A stretch of 64,000 nucleotides of DNA from Vicinamibacterales bacterium (GTDB taxonomy: Bacteria; Acidobacteriota; Vicinamibacteria; Vicinamibacterales; UBA2999): NCBI GenBank assembly GCA_965262505.1, contig CBDHFM010000030.1:1803244-1867243 (forward strand). Reading direction: 5' to 3'. Shown in pieces: positions 9,242 to 19,736 of the stretch (the stretch's first letter is position 1; each line of letters begins with the position of its first letter). Both the position numbers and the translations under genes were made by a program. The notes under the pieces are model-generated. The model did no database searches and was not told where the DNA came from. It saw only the letters and a list, made by a program, of their open reading frames with translations.

Positions 9242-9544
9242 ATGGCTCCCGCCCTCACGATTGCCGACGTGGAACGTATCGCCGCGTTGGCGCATCTCGA
9301 ACTCACGGCCGAAGAAAAGATCCTCTTCACCCGTCAGCTCGCCGACATCCTCGCATACGCCAAGCAGGTGCAGGCGATCGACACGAGCGGCGTTCCGGCG
9401 ACGGCACACGTGCATGCCGGCCAGCAAACCGAGCGCGAAGACGACCCGCACGATTCGTTGTCGCTGGCCGACACGCTTCGCAACGCACCCGACGCAGCCC
9501 CCGACGCGGGGCTCTTCCGTGTACCGCGTGTGATCGGCGGCTGA
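9242..9544 (+). CDS. gatC: Asp/Glu-tRNA amidotransferase subunit C
   Basis: [12 protein letters not shown]...REDD...NAP...FRVPRVI, directly upstream of gatA. Confidence 0.93.
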   Translation: MAPALTIADVERIAALAHLELTAEEKILFTRQLADILAYAKQVQAIDTSGVPATAHVHAGQQTEREDDPHDSLSLADTLRNAPDAAPDAGLFRVPRVIGG

Positions 9545-9545
9545 C

Positions 9546-11018
9546 ATGCTGAATAGCAGCGCACGCGTCATCCGCGACGAGATCGCGGCCGGCAAGGTTT
9601 CGGCCGTTGAAGTCTGCCGTGCCTTCCTCGAACGGATCGAGGCGGTCAATCCATCACTCAACGCCTTCAACCTCGTCGCCGCCGATCGCGCACTCGCCCG
9701 CGCCGACAACCTGGACCGGCGGCGCGCGAAGGGCGAGTCCGCCGGTCCGCTCGCGGGGGTGCCCGTCGCGATCAAGGACAATTTCTGCGTGCGCGGGATG
9801 CGGACGACGGCCTCGTCGCGCATTCTGGATCGGTTCGTCCCACCCTACGACGCCACGGCCGTGAGGCGGATCGAGGCCGCAGGAGCCGTTATCGTCGGCA
9901 AGACCAACTGCGACGAGTTCGCCATGGGATCGTCCAACGAAAATTCCGCGTACGGCGCTGTGCGAAATCCGTGGGCGCCTGATCGCACGCCTGGGGGCTC
10001 GAGCGGCGGCTCGGCCGCGGCAGTCGCCGCGCGATGCACGCCGCTGGCGCTCGGCTCGGACACCGGCGGATCGATCCGCCAGCCGGCGTCGTTCTGTGGC
10101 GTCGTCGGGTTGAAGCCGACGTACGGCCGTGTCTCGCGCTATGGCCTGCTGGCGTTCGCGTCTTCGCTCGATCAAATCGGACCGATCGCCGGAACAGCGT
10201 CGGACGCGGCGCTCGCCCTCAGCGCCCTCGCCGGACCGGATCCGGCAGACGCCACGTCATCGCAGCAGCCAGTGCCTGATTTCACGGCGGCGTTGACGGG
10301 CGACGTCAAGGGGCTGCGAATCGGCGTCCCACGCGCGTTCGTCGCCGAGGGTGTCGACGAAAGTGTACGTCGTGCATTCGACGAGGCACTCGATGCGCTG
10401 CGACGTGCGGGCGCGACACTCGTCGACATCGACCTGCCGTACGCCAAGTACGCCATCCCTGTCTACTACCTGGTGGCAACCGCGGAAGCGAGCTCGAACC
10501 TGGCGCGCTACGACGGCGTACGATACGGACACCGCGCCGCAAGCGACGGGAATCTGGAACTGAAGGACATGTACAGCCGGACGCGCGACGAGGGATTCGG
10601 GGCGGAGGTCAAACGGCGCATCATGCTCGGTACCTACGTCCTGAGCGCCGGCTACTACGACGCGTTCTACCTGAAAGCACAGCAGGTGCGGACGCTGCTG
10701 CGCCAGGACTACGACGCGGCGTTCGAGAAGGCCGATGTGGTGGCGACGCCCACGACGCCGACGCCGCCCTTCCGCCTGGGCGAAAAGATGGACGACCCAC
10801 TGCAGATGTATCTAGCCGACGTGTTCACGGTAAGCGCGCCGCTGGTGGGCCTGCCGGCGATCAGCGTGCCGTGCGGCTTCGCCGAAGGCTCGGAACGATC
10901 CGAACGTCTTCCTGTGGGGCTGCAGCTGACCGGCCGGCTGTTCGACGAATCAGCGTTGCTGAACGCGGCCGACGCCTACGAGCGGCTCACCGACTGGCAC
11001 ACCGAGCGGCCTACTTGA
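9546..11018 (+). CDS. gatA: Asp/Glu-tRNA amidotransferase subunit A
   Basis: Amidase signature [32 protein letters not shown] and [11 protein letters not shown]. Confidence 0.97.
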   Translation: MLNSSARVIRDEIAAGKVSAVEVCRAFLERIEAVNPSLNAFNLVAADRALARADNLDRRRAKGESAGPLAGVPVAIKDNFCVRGMRTTASSRILDRFVPPYDATAVRRIEAAGAVIVGKTNCDEFAMGSSNENSAYGAVRNPWAPDRTPGGSSGGSAAAVAARCTPLALGSDTGGSIRQPASFCGVVGLKPTYGRVSRYGLLAFASSLDQIGPIAGTASDAALALSALAGPDPADATSSQQPVPDFTAALTGDVKGLRIGVPRAFVAEGVDESVRRAFDEALDALRRAGATLVDIDLPYAKYAIPVYYLVATAEASSNLARYDGVRYGHRAASDGNLELKDMYSRTRDEGFGAEVKRRIMLGTYVLSAGYYDAFYLKAQQVRTLLRQDYDAAFEKADVVATPTTPTPPFRLGEKMDDPLQMYLADVFTVSAPLVGLPAISVPCGFAEGSERSERLPVGLQLTGRLFDESALLNAADAYERLTDWHTERPT

Positions 11019-11862
11019 AGATCGCCCTGAGCGGCTCCATCTGACTCTGATCGGCCTCGCCGACCCGCATCGGCGTGACTGACGTGTAGCCATTCTCGAT
11101 CGCCCAGATGTCGGTGCCCTCGGGCTGCGGCGCATTACGTTCCTCGAAGACGCTCCAGTACACAGTGCGGCCCGCAGGATGCTGCATCTCCGCGAAGCTT
11201 TGCTCGCCGCCGCGAACCATCGCCTGCGTGGTGATCGTGTAGCCCTTGTAGCCGCCGGCCGGAACGGCGCCGGGCACGTTCACGTTCAGGAACGTGTTCG
11301 GCGCCAGGCCGTATTGCTTCACCCGCCGTGCGACGCCAAACACCTCTTCGGCGGCGAACACGAGATCGGCGGCGGTGGCCGAAGCCGGCAACGACGCGGC
11401 AATCGCCGGCACGCCGTGGAACGCGGCCTCGCGGGCGGCGCCCACCGTTCCCGACAGGTACGCCGACAGGCCGAGGTTGTGTCCGCGGTTGATGCCCGCA
11501 ACGACGAGGTCCGGGCGAGGCACGACGATATTCCGGAGGGCGATGTTGATCGTACTGGCCGGCGTCGCCGTCAGGCCGATCGCCTCGAGACCGTTGGAGA
11601 GCGTGAGGTCCTGACGAAATACCGCCTCGGACATGACGATCGAATGCCCTTTCCCGCTCTGAGGCCCGGAGGGCGCCACGATGATCGGCGTGCCGATGGC
11701 CTGCAGAATCTGCGCAAGAGCGGCGATGCCTGGCGTGCGCACGCCGTCGTCGTTCGTCACGAGAATCCGATACGGCGGAGGCTGACTGAACTGCTGCGCG
11801 GCTGCCGGCGCAAGCAGACAGACGGCCAGCAGCAGGGCGAGCAGGACGCGGCACTTGTGCAT
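11011..11862 (-). CDS. surE: SurE-family 5'/3'-nucleotidase with an N-terminal signal peptide
   Basis: [29 protein letters not shown] and [10 protein letters not shown] motifs, preceded by a hydrophobic leader ending AAAQ. Confidence 0.85.
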   Translation of the reverse strand: MHKCRVLLALLLAVCLLAPAAAQQFSQPPPYRILVTNDDGVRTPGIAALAQILQAIGTPIIVAPSGPQSGKGHSIVMSEAVFRQDLTLSNGLEAIGLTATPASTINIALRNIVVPRPDLVVAGINRGHNLGLSAYLSGTVGAAREAAFHGVPAIAASLPASATAADLVFAAEEVFGVARRVKQYGLAPNTFLNVNVPGAVPAGGYKGYTITTQAMVRGGEQSFAEMQHPAGRTVYWSVFEERNAPQPEGTDIWAIENGYTSVTPMRVGEADQSQMEPLRAIFK

Positions 11863-11910
11863 GCCGCCGAGACTATCAGATTGCCGGTGGGATGCGCGTG
11901 GACCGGGATG

Positions 11911-12204
11911 TCAACCGGCGTCCTCTTCGAGCGGCAGCACGTCGTAGAGGACGAGCCCGCGGCGGACCTCCTCCATCGCGATCCGCTCGGCCTTGTGCGG
12001 GTCCGGCCGGTGTGCCTCGGACGAGTGCGGATCGCCGTCCAGGCGAGGCAGTGCACCACGACGCAATTGCTTGGCCCGCATGGCGGCCACGTCAACAAAC
12101 AGGAAGCGGCTGTGGATCGGCTCCGCCTTCGGACGAGGCTCCGGCGGCGCCTCAGGCTCCAGCCCAGGCTCGGCGGCAGGGTCTACAGCGTCAATGGTGT
12201 CCAT
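11911..12204 (-). CDS. rpoZ: RNA polymerase omega subunit
   Basis: SRFLFVDVAAMRAKQLRRGA and KAERIAMEEV motifs; likely start ATG 12204. Confidence 0.85.
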   Translation of the reverse strand: MDTIDAVDPAAEPGLEPEAPPEPRPKAEPIHSRFLFVDVAAMRAKQLRRGALPRLDGDPHSSEAHRPDPHKAERIAMEEVRRGLVLYDVLPLEEDAG

Positions 12205-12224
12205 GGGGAAACAGATTAGCACAG

Positions 12225-12325
12225 GGGCAAGGGGCCCAGGCTGGGAGAGTCGGAGACCAGGGACCGGGGCTCTGGGGCCGGAGGGCCACATTCGGGTCCC
12301 CGGTCCCCAGCCCCCGCATCCCTGA
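12225..12325. repeat. Degenerate 7-bp periodic array with inverted halves
   Basis: G-rich units (GGGGCAA, GGGGCCC, CAGGGAC, CGGGGCT) followed by complementary C-rich units (CCGGTCC, CCAGCCC). Confidence 0.55.
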
Positions 12326-12331
12326 TTTCCA

Positions 12332-12778
12332 TCAAGCTGCGACTTCGACGTTGATAGTGCGCGGCCTGGCTTCCTCGCGGAAGGGCAACCTCACCGTCAG
12401 GACGCCGTTCTTGTGTTCGGCGCTGACCTTGGACGCGTTAACCGTTTTTGGCAGCGTGAACGACCGGGTGAATGGGCCGTAGCGACGTTCCACGCGGCGG
12501 AACTGCTCCTCCTTGACGTCGCTCGGCGCCTTGCGGGTGCCCCGCAGCGTCAGGGTGTCGTGCTCAACGGTGACCTCTATCTCCTCGCGCGTCACGTCGG
12601 GCAGATCCGCCGTGATGACGAGATCGTGGCTGTCGGTTTCGTAGATGTCGACCAGCGGGACCCAACTCCCGGGGGCGGTCACGCCCTCATCCCTCAGTGG
12701 CACGCCGCCGAAGAGGCGGTCCACCCGGCCCTGCAGGGTCGCAAACTCATGAAACGGATCGAATCGGACAATAGCCAT
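12332..12778 (-). CDS. Small heat-shock protein (Hsp20/alpha-crystallin)
   Basis: WVPLVDIYET, ADLPDV, ERRYGPFTRSFTLP and NGVLTVRLP; SD AGGAG upstream. Confidence 0.95.
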   Translation of the reverse strand: MAIVRFDPFHEFATLQGRVDRLFGGVPLRDEGVTAPGSWVPLVDIYETDSHDLVITADLPDVTREEIEVTVEHDTLTLRGTRKAPSDVKEEQFRRVERRYGPFTRSFTLPKTVNASKVSAEHKNGVLTVRLPFREEARPRTINVEVAA

Positions 12779-12852
12779 TGTTGTTCTCCTATTTGCGTGA
12801 AGGTCTGCCTGTCAGCGGCTCCCAGCCTTCCTTGAAGGGAATCATAACACTA

Positions 12853-12896
12853 TATTAGTCTTCATACATCATTCAATATGAGTGTATGTACATCAT
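12853..12896. promoter_or_regulatory. AT-rich promoter region of hsp20 with two 20-bp direct repeats (candidate operator)
   Basis: TATTAGTCTTCATACATCAT (12853) and TATGAGTGTATGTACATCAT (12877), 24 bp apart; the second is also quasi-palindromic. Confidence 0.45.
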
Positions 12897-13184
12897 ATAT
12901 TAACCACGCCGGCTGGCTGAGACCTACGGCAATCGCCCAAGGCCGCCGGTCCTGCCTTTCACGCCAGGATTCCGAGGGCGCGACGAGCGAAAACAGGCCC
13001 GGCGCCGCCGTGCGACCCGTATGGCATCATGGGACCCGCCGATGATTGAGTTCACGTTTCTTCCCTCCGCTTCTCCCCTCTCCGAAGCGACCGACCGGGC
13101 GGCGCTATCCGCAAGCCGTGCCCCCTGCCCGCACAGGGCAGGCGCCCCCGGCCCGGTCGTCGCCGGTTGTCGAAGCCCGATCCC

Positions 13185-14012
13185 ATGAACATTCTCTTCG
13201 TCGGGGACATCGTCGGCCGACCGGGCCGCGAACTCATTCGCAAGGGGCTGCGAGCGCTCATCGACCGGCACAATCTGGATCTCGTTATTGCCAACGCGGA
13301 GAACTCCGCCGCCGGATTCGGCGTCACGAAGGACATCGGCGACACGCTGCTCGACTGGGGAGTCGACGTGATGACGTCCGGCAATCACGTCTGGGACAAG
13401 AAGGAAGGGATTGGCTACATCGCCAGCGAGCCACGTCTCCTTCGCCCGGCGAATTACCCCGCCGGCGTGCCCGGACGCGGCACCTACGTGGCCCGGACAG
13501 GCGATGGGCGCGCCGTCGGCGTGGTCAACGTGATGGGACGGGTGTTCATGTTGAACATCGACGACCCGTTCACGGTCGTGCTTCGCGAAATCGAGGAGAT
13601 CCGCCACCAGGCGCGGGTCATCATCGTCGACTTCCACGCGGAGGCTACGAGCGAGAAGATGGCGATGGGCTGGCATCTGGACGGCAAGGTCACGGCCGTC
13701 ATCGGTACGCACACGCACGTGCAGACCGCCGATGAGCGGGTCCTGCCGAACGGGACGGCGTACCTCACCGACGCGGGCATGACCGGTCCGCACGACTCGA
13801 TCATCGGCATGCAGGTCGAACCCTCGCTAGGGCGGTTTCTGAACGCGATGCCGTCGAGGTTCGAGCCGGCGACCGGGAATCCGCGCCTGAATGGCGTCGT
13901 CATCGAAGCGGATGAGAAGACCGGCCGGGCCACGCGGATCACGCGCATCAACTGCTCGGAGCGTGACTTGACGGAAATGGCAGACGCGCCTCCACGAGCG
14001 ACAATAGCCTAG
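13185..14012 (+). CDS. ymdB: YmdB / TIGR00282-family metallophosphoesterase
   Basis: ILFVGDIVGRPG, ANAENSAAG, TSGNHVWD, LRPANYP, DFHAEATSEK, GTHTHV and TDAGMTGP. Confidence 0.95.
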   Translation: MNILFVGDIVGRPGRELIRKGLRALIDRHNLDLVIANAENSAAGFGVTKDIGDTLLDWGVDVMTSGNHVWDKKEGIGYIASEPRLLRPANYPAGVPGRGTYVARTGDGRAVGVVNVMGRVFMLNIDDPFTVVLREIEEIRHQARVIIVDFHAEATSEKMAMGWHLDGKVTAVIGTHTHVQTADERVLPNGTAYLTDAGMTGPHDSIIGMQVEPSLGRFLNAMPSRFEPATGNPRLNGVVIEADEKTGRATRITRINCSERDLTEMADAPPRATIA

Positions 14013-15440
14013 TACTACTTTGTCAGATTGACGAATTGCCGAGTGGATTCGAGAGTGATCACTTTTGAGGGCATTGTACAAATTCCGCGAGTTCGATACG
14101 CTGCCGTGCGGTGCTCGATCACACCGCGACCGCGTGGCTCCGTCGGTTGCTGGCCTGGCTGGAGCCGTTCGAGGCCGGCTTCGGGCGCGCCAGTCAACGC
14201 GGCGCGTTGCGGCGCTACGTCGCCGGGTTGCTCAACGACAGTTGCCGCAAGTCCATGGAGGCGATGTGGGCGCGGTTGAGCGACCCCGGGACCTATCAGG
14301 CGTTCCAGCACTTCATCACGCATGCGCCGTGGGACGCCGAGACGGTGTGGAAGCAGCTGCGGGCGCGGGTCCCGGAGCGGACCGGCGTGTTGATCCTCGA
14401 CGGCACCAGTTTTCCCAAGCAAGGGACCGCGTCGGTCGGCGTGGCGCGGCAATACTGCGGGGCACGCGGGAAAATCGCGAACTGCCAAACGGCCGTCACG
14501 GTGGCCCTGTGGACGGGGACGCGCGCCTGGATGCTGGGCGCGCAGCTCTATCTGCCGGAGACGTGGCTCACCGCTGCCCAACGGACCCGCGCCCGCATTC
14601 CCGCCGGCGTGCGCTTTCAGCCCAAGTGGCAATTGGCCCTCACGCTGCTGCGACAAGTACGCGCCGCGGGCGTGACGGTGACCGCCGTGTTGGGGGATGC
14701 CGAGTTCGGCGACAACGCCACGCTGCGGCGAACGCTGCATCGGGCCAAACTGTCCTACGCGTTGGGGGTGTCGTCCGATCTCAAGGTCTTCCGTGGAACG
14801 CCGGCCCTCGAGACGCCGCCGCCGCCGACGGGCCGCGGCCGTCCGCGCACGCGGCACGGCCTACCGGTCGGTACACAGACCGTCGAAGCGCGGGCCTGGG
14901 CCGCCACGCAAGCGCCTCGCCAGTGGCGGCTCGTGTCGTGGCGCAACGGCACGCATCCCCCGTGGCGCGCCCGCTTCTGTGCCGTACGGGTCACGCCCGC
15001 CCACGACTGGCGCGAGGGCCGACGGCTCGCCCCCGAGGTGTGGTTGTTGTGTCAACGCGACCTCGGCGCAACGCCTGTCACCAAGTACTACTTGGTCGAT
15101 CTGCCCGCCACCACCGCGCTGCGCGGCCTCGTGCGCCTCGCGCATCAGCGCTGGGCGATCGAGCAGCAATACCAGGAGCTCAAGGACGAGATTGGGCTCG
15201 ACCACTTCGAAGGCCGCAGCCTGCCGGGCTGGCAACGTCACGTGGCGCTGACCGCCCTCGCCTACAGCTTTCTCCAGATGGAACGCCGCCGACGGGGACA
15301 GAAGACACATCTCACGCTGCCGCGCGTCCGCGCCATCATCCAGGAAGTGCTGACCGCCCATTTCTTCATGACGCAACCGCACTACCTGAAGTGGATGCTC
15401 AAGCTCAAAGACGTCAAACTGCAAATCTGACAAAGTAGTA
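14013..15440 (+). mobile_element. IS701-family element
   Basis: Perfect 17-bp TIR TACTACTTTGTCAGATT flanked by CTAG duplication (14009-12, 15441-44); transposase 14111..15430 with ILDGTSFPKQG..SVGVARQYCG, GDAEFG and RWAIEQQYQELK..GLDHFEGR. Confidence 0.95.
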
Positions 15441-15506
15441 CTAGCGGCCCGTGGTGAAAGTCCGTCTATGTTCGACGAGCGACGCCTCCTCGCGGCCTGC
15501 TGACGT

Positions 15507-16913
15507 ATGACCTCTCTCTTTGACCTCCCGTTCGATGAGCCCGAGCCGGCGGCGGCACCGCCGCCGGAGGTGCCGCCGGCTCGGCGCATTCTGACGGTCT
15601 CGGAGCTGACAGGCCGGATCCGGGCGCTCCTCGAGGATCGATTCATCGAGGTCTGGGTCGAAGGTGAGCTGTCGAACACCCGCGTCTGGAACACCGGCCA
15701 CATGTACTTCACGCTGAAGGACGCAGGCGCTCAACTCAAGGGAGTCATGTTCCGGTCTGCCGTGCGCGCCCTCCGGTTCGAGCCAAGCGACGGGCTACGC
15801 GTCGTGGCGCGCGGCCGGGTCAGCGTCTACGACCCGAAGGGCGAGTATCAGATCGTCTGCGAGCATCTCGAGCCGGAGGGGCTCGGCGCGCTGCAACTGG
15901 CCTTCGATCAACTCAAGGAGCGCCTCTCGACCGAGGGACTGTTCGACCCGAGCCGCAAGCGTCCCCTTCCGGCGCTCCCCCGCAAGATCGGCGTCGTGAC
16001 GTCGCTCGACGGCGCCGCCGTCCGCGACATCATCCACGTGTTGCGGCGCCGGTATCCGAATGCGCACATCGTGATCCGCCCGGCGCGGGTCCAGGGTGAC
16101 GGTGCCGCGCTCGACATTGCCCGCGCGCTTGCCGCGATCGGCCGCGTTCCGGGGGTCGACGTCGTCCTCGTCGGACGTGGCGGGGGATCGATCGAGGACC
16201 TCTGGGCGTTCAACGAGGAAGTCGTGGCGAGAGCGATCGCGGCTTGTCCTGTGCCGACGATTTCTGCGGTCGGGCATGAGACCGACGTCACGATCGCCGA
16301 TTTCGTCGCCGATCTCCGCGCACCCACCCCCTCGGCGGCCGCGGAAATGGTCGTCGCCCGAAAGGACGACTTCGGCGCCCGCATCGACCGGCTTGCCCAT
16401 CGCGTGAACACGACCATGGCGGCGCGTATGCACCAGTGCGAGTCGCGCCTGCGCGCCCTCCTGGCCCGCCCGGGATACGCCGGGGTGCACGGCCGCGTCG
16501 CGATGCGAGGCCGCCACGCCGCGGATCTCACGCACGAGCTGCGACGGGGCCTCCGCGCGCAGGTCTCGGCCCGCGAGCGCGCCTATCAATCGCTGCGGCT
16601 GGAGCTCGAGACGTTCGATCTCCGCCGGCGCCTGGGCCGCGTTCGGACACGGCTGGTGGCCGCCGACGGCAGGCTCGCCGGCGCGAGCGCAGACGGGCGA
16701 CACCGCGCCGACCGACGCCTGCGCGGAGCGGCGGCGCGGCTGCACGCGCTCAGCCCGCTCGCCGTCCTCGGCCGGGGCTATGCTGTGTGCTGGAACGCCG
16801 ACCGCACGGTGGTCATCCGCGACTCGGCCGCGGTCGCCAAGGGCGACCGCCTGCGCGTGACGCTGGCACACGGCGAATTGGACTGCCATGTCATCAACCG
16901 ATCCCACGATTAA
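15507..16913 (+). CDS. xseA: Exodeoxyribonuclease VII large subunit
   Basis: VWVEGELSN, GHMYFTLKD, IGVVTS, GRGGGSIEDLWAFN, SAVGHETD and PTPSAAAE. Confidence 0.97.
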   Translation: MTSLFDLPFDEPEPAAAPPPEVPPARRILTVSELTGRIRALLEDRFIEVWVEGELSNTRVWNTGHMYFTLKDAGAQLKGVMFRSAVRALRFEPSDGLRVVARGRVSVYDPKGEYQIVCEHLEPEGLGALQLAFDQLKERLSTEGLFDPSRKRPLPALPRKIGVVTSLDGAAVRDIIHVLRRRYPNAHIVIRPARVQGDGAALDIARALAAIGRVPGVDVVLVGRGGGSIEDLWAFNEEVVARAIAACPVPTISAVGHETDVTIADFVADLRAPTPSAAAEMVVARKDDFGARIDRLAHRVNTTMAARMHQCESRLRALLARPGYAGVHGRVAMRGRHAADLTHELRRGLRAQVSARERAYQSLRLELETFDLRRRLGRVRTRLVAADGRLAGASADGRHRADRRLRGAAARLHALSPLAVLGRGYAVCWNADRTVVIRDSAAVAKGDRLRVTLAHGELDCHVINRSHD

Positions 16914-17154
16914 GGACTTCGAAGCGGCGATCGCCGAACTCGAATCGATCGTCAAGAAGCTCGAGGACGGCGACCTGCCCCTCGAGACGTCGCTGCAGCT
17001 GTACGAGCGCGGCGTGCAGCTCTCCCGCTTCTGTCATTCGAGCCTCGAGGAAGCGGAGCGCCGCATAGAGGTGCTCAACGAGCGCGGGGAACTCAAGCCG
17101 GCGCCTGCGGCGCTGGCCCAAGACGACGACAGTAGCTCAAAGGTCAAAGGTTAA
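16888..17154 (+). CDS. xseB: Exodeoxyribonuclease VII small subunit
   Basis: FEAAIAELESIVKKLEDGDLPLETSLQLYERG, overlapping the end of xseA. Confidence 0.95.
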   Translation: MSSTDPTIKDFEAAIAELESIVKKLEDGDLPLETSLQLYERGVQLSRFCHSSLEEAERRIEVLNERGELKPAPAALAQDDDSSSKVKG

Positions 17155-17158
17155 GGGG

Positions 17159-18082
17159 CTGGCTTCACCTTTCGCCGAATACCTCAGCGCGCGCCGCGCG
17201 GAGATCGAGGCGGCGCTTGCCGGCGCCCTGCCGGTCCCACCGGGATGCCCCGCGGTCGTCGCGGACGCCATGCGCTACAGCGTCACGGCCGGCGGCAAGC
17301 GGCTCCGGCCCGTGCTGTGCCTCGCCAGCGCCGACGCGGTCGGGGGCGATCGCGGCCTCGCGATGCCGGCCGCCTGTGCCATCGAGCTGATTCATACGTA
17401 CTCGCTCATTCATGACGATCTGCCGGCCATGGACAACGACACCCTGCGCCGGGGCCGGCCGACCCTGTATGTGGTGGCCGGCGAAGGCATGGCCATCCTC
17501 GCCGGAGACGGCCTGCTGACCGAGGCGTTCGCGCTGCTGGCGCGCGCGCCGGAAACGACGGATGCGGCGATCGCGGCGCGCAGGCTTCGCGTGGTCGGCC
17601 TGGTCGCCACGGCCGCCGGTCCGATCGGCATGGTCGGGGGACAGGCCATCGACCTCCACTGCAGCATCACCGACCCGGGCGGACAGCGCACACCGCCGCT
17701 TGACGCGGACGGCCTGCGCGTCATGCATTCCAAGAAGACAGGCGCGCTCATCCGCGCGTCGGCGGTCGCCGGCGCGATCATGGGTGGTGCCGGAAACGGT
17801 ACGGTCGACCAGATCGATGCCGCGGCCGCCGAGTTCGGCCTCGCGTTTCAAATCGTCGACGACATCCTCGACGTGGAAGGCGTCTCGGCGGATCTGGGCA
17901 AAACGGCGGGCAAGGATGCGGCAGCGGGCAAGCCGACCTATCCGGCGCTCTACGGCCTTGATGCCGCGCGGCGTATGGCGGCCGAATGCCTCGAGCGAGC
18001 CGAGAGCGCGCTCGGCGCGGCGGGCCTCGTCAACTCGCGGCTGATGGAGATCGGCCGCTGGATCGTCCACAGGTCGAATTGA
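17159..18082 (+). CDS. ispA: Geranyltranstransferase / polyprenyl diphosphate synthase
   Basis: GGKRLRP, HTYSLIHDDLPAMD, LRRGRPT, GQAID, KTGAL and FQIVDDILD. Frame stays open upstream of ATG 17270; start uncertain (CTG 17159 possible). Confidence 0.9.
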   Translation: MASPFAEYLSARRAEIEAALAGALPVPPGCPAVVADAMRYSVTAGGKRLRPVLCLASADAVGGDRGLAMPAACAIELIHTYSLIHDDLPAMDNDTLRRGRPTLYVVAGEGMAILAGDGLLTEAFALLARAPETTDAAIAARRLRVVGLVATAAGPIGMVGGQAIDLHCSITDPGGQRTPPLDADGLRVMHSKKTGALIRASAVAGAIMGGAGNGTVDQIDAAAAEFGLAFQIVDDILDVEGVSADLGKTAGKDAAAGKPTYPALYGLDAARRMAAECLERAESALGAAGLVNSRLMEIGRWIVHRSN

Positions 18083-18810
18083 CGCCCAAGATCCGCCTCG
18101 ATCAGCTGGTCGCCGACAAGGGGCTCGCTCCCTCGCGCGAACGTGCGCGCGCCTTGATCATGGCCGCCCAGGTCAGCGTCGATGGGCGGGTGATCGGCAA
18201 GGCGGGCACCCAGGTCGAATCCGACGCCGATGTCGCCCTGCTTGGGCCCGATCATCCGTACGTCGGCCGCGGTGGCCTCAAGCTGGCGCACGCGCTCGAT
18301 ACGTTCGGGATCACCGTCGCCGGACGCGAGGCGCTCGACATCGGCGCGTCGACCGGCGGGTTCACCGACGTGCTCCTGCAGCGAGGCGCCCCACGCGTCG
18401 TGGCGCTCGACGTCGGCCACGGCCAGTTGGCCTGGAAGCTGCGCAGCGACCCGCGTGTCGTGATCATCGAGCACTTCAACGCGCGGCGCCTCACCCTGGC
18501 CGACCTACCGGGACCGGTGGATATCGCGTGCATCGACGTGTCGTTCATCTCGCTGCGGCAGATCCTCCCGGTGGTTCCGCCGCTTCTTCGTCCCGACGCG
18601 GACGTGGTCGTGCTCGTCAAGCCGCAGTTCGAGGCCGGCCGCGCGGAAGCAGGCAAGGGCGTGATCCACGATGCGGCGATCCATGCGCGCGTGGTCGAAG
18701 AGATTCGCGTCGCGGCCGCTGCGGTAGGATTAACCAGAGCAGCGTCGACGCCCTCGCCGGTTACCGGCCAGAAGGGTAACGTCGAGTTCCTCCTCCATCT
18801 GCGCTCATGA
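18079..18810 (+). CDS. tlyA: TlyA-family rRNA methyltransferase
   Basis: S4 domain RLDQLVADKGLAPSRERA, YVGRGGLKL, DIGASTGGFTD, DVSFISL and VKPQFEAG; TTG start overlaps the ispA stop. Confidence 0.95.
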   Translation: MTPKIRLDQLVADKGLAPSRERARALIMAAQVSVDGRVIGKAGTQVESDADVALLGPDHPYVGRGGLKLAHALDTFGITVAGREALDIGASTGGFTDVLLQRGAPRVVALDVGHGQLAWKLRSDPRVVIIEHFNARRLTLADLPGPVDIACIDVSFISLRQILPVVPPLLRPDADVVVLVKPQFEAGRAEAGKGVIHDAAIHARVVEEIRVAAAAVGLTRAASTPSPVTGQKGNVEFLLHLRS

Positions 18811-19691
18811 CAGTCCACCGCGTCGGCATCGTTGCAAAGCAGGGCCTCGTGGCCGCATCCGAACACCTGTCGCGACTCGGCCCGTGGCTGCGGGAGCGCG
18901 GCATCGAGGCCCTGTACGAGTGCGACACCGCGAAGCTGGCGGGCGGCGCCGCGCATGGGGCGACGACGATGACGCGGGAGGTGCTGCCGCGCAAGGTCGA
19001 CCTCGTGATCGTGCTCGGCGGTGACGGCACCCTGCTCGCCATGGCCGCCCGGATCGCCCAGTCGGGCCGTGACGTCCCGATTCTCGGCGTGAACTTCGGC
19101 AGCCTGGGATTCCTGACCGAGATTCGCATCGACGAGCTGACGTCGTCACTGGAAGGCGTCCTGGACGGCACGGCGTCGATTGACGAGCGCGCCATGCTCA
19201 CGGCCGACGCCTACCGGAAGGGCCAGCAGGTGGACTCGCGCATCGTGCTGAACGACGTCGTGTTCACGAAGGCGGCGCTCTCCCGCATGATTGAACTGTC
19301 TGTCTCGGTCAGCGGAGAGTTCGTGACGCGCGTGAAAGCCGACGGGCTGATCATCGCAAGTGCCACCGGCTCCACCGCCTACAACCTCGCGGCCGGGGGG
19401 CCCATCGTGCACCCGATGGTGGACGCGCTCGTGCTGACGCCCATCGCGCCGCATACCCTCACGAACCGCCCGGTCGTGATTCCCGGCAGCGCCGAGGTCG
19501 AGGTCCACGCGCACGCGAACGGTTCGCCCGGCGATATTTTCGTGACCTGCGACGGTCAATCGGGCTACCCGCTGCACGAAGGCGACATCGTCCAGGTACG
19601 GAAGTCCGAACGCCTTCTGCGCCTGGTGAAAGCCCCCGCGCGCGGCTACTTCGAAGTCCTGAGAGAAAAGCTGAAGTGGGGAGAACGTTGA
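18807..19691 (+). CDS. nadK: NAD kinase
   Basis: LGGDGTLL, GVNFGSLGFL, LNDVV, DGLIIASATGSTAYNLAAGGP. Confidence 0.97.
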   Translation: MTVHRVGIVAKQGLVAASEHLSRLGPWLRERGIEALYECDTAKLAGGAAHGATTMTREVLPRKVDLVIVLGGDGTLLAMAARIAQSGRDVPILGVNFGSLGFLTEIRIDELTSSLEGVLDGTASIDERAMLTADAYRKGQQVDSRIVLNDVVFTKAALSRMIELSVSVSGEFVTRVKADGLIIASATGSTAYNLAAGGPIVHPMVDALVLTPIAPHTLTNRPVVIPGSAEVEVHAHANGSPGDIFVTCDGQSGYPLHEGDIVQVRKSERLLRLVKAPARGYFEVLREKLKWGER

Positions 19692-19736
19692 GGCCCCCCT
19701 TTCCACTCCCCCCATACCCCTTGTATTCTCAAGCTC

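Noticed and set aside
12780-12840. ROSE thermometer or CIRCE upstream of hsp20
   Set aside because: No TTAGCACTC-N9-GAGTGCTAA, and no hairpin that clearly sequesters the SD.
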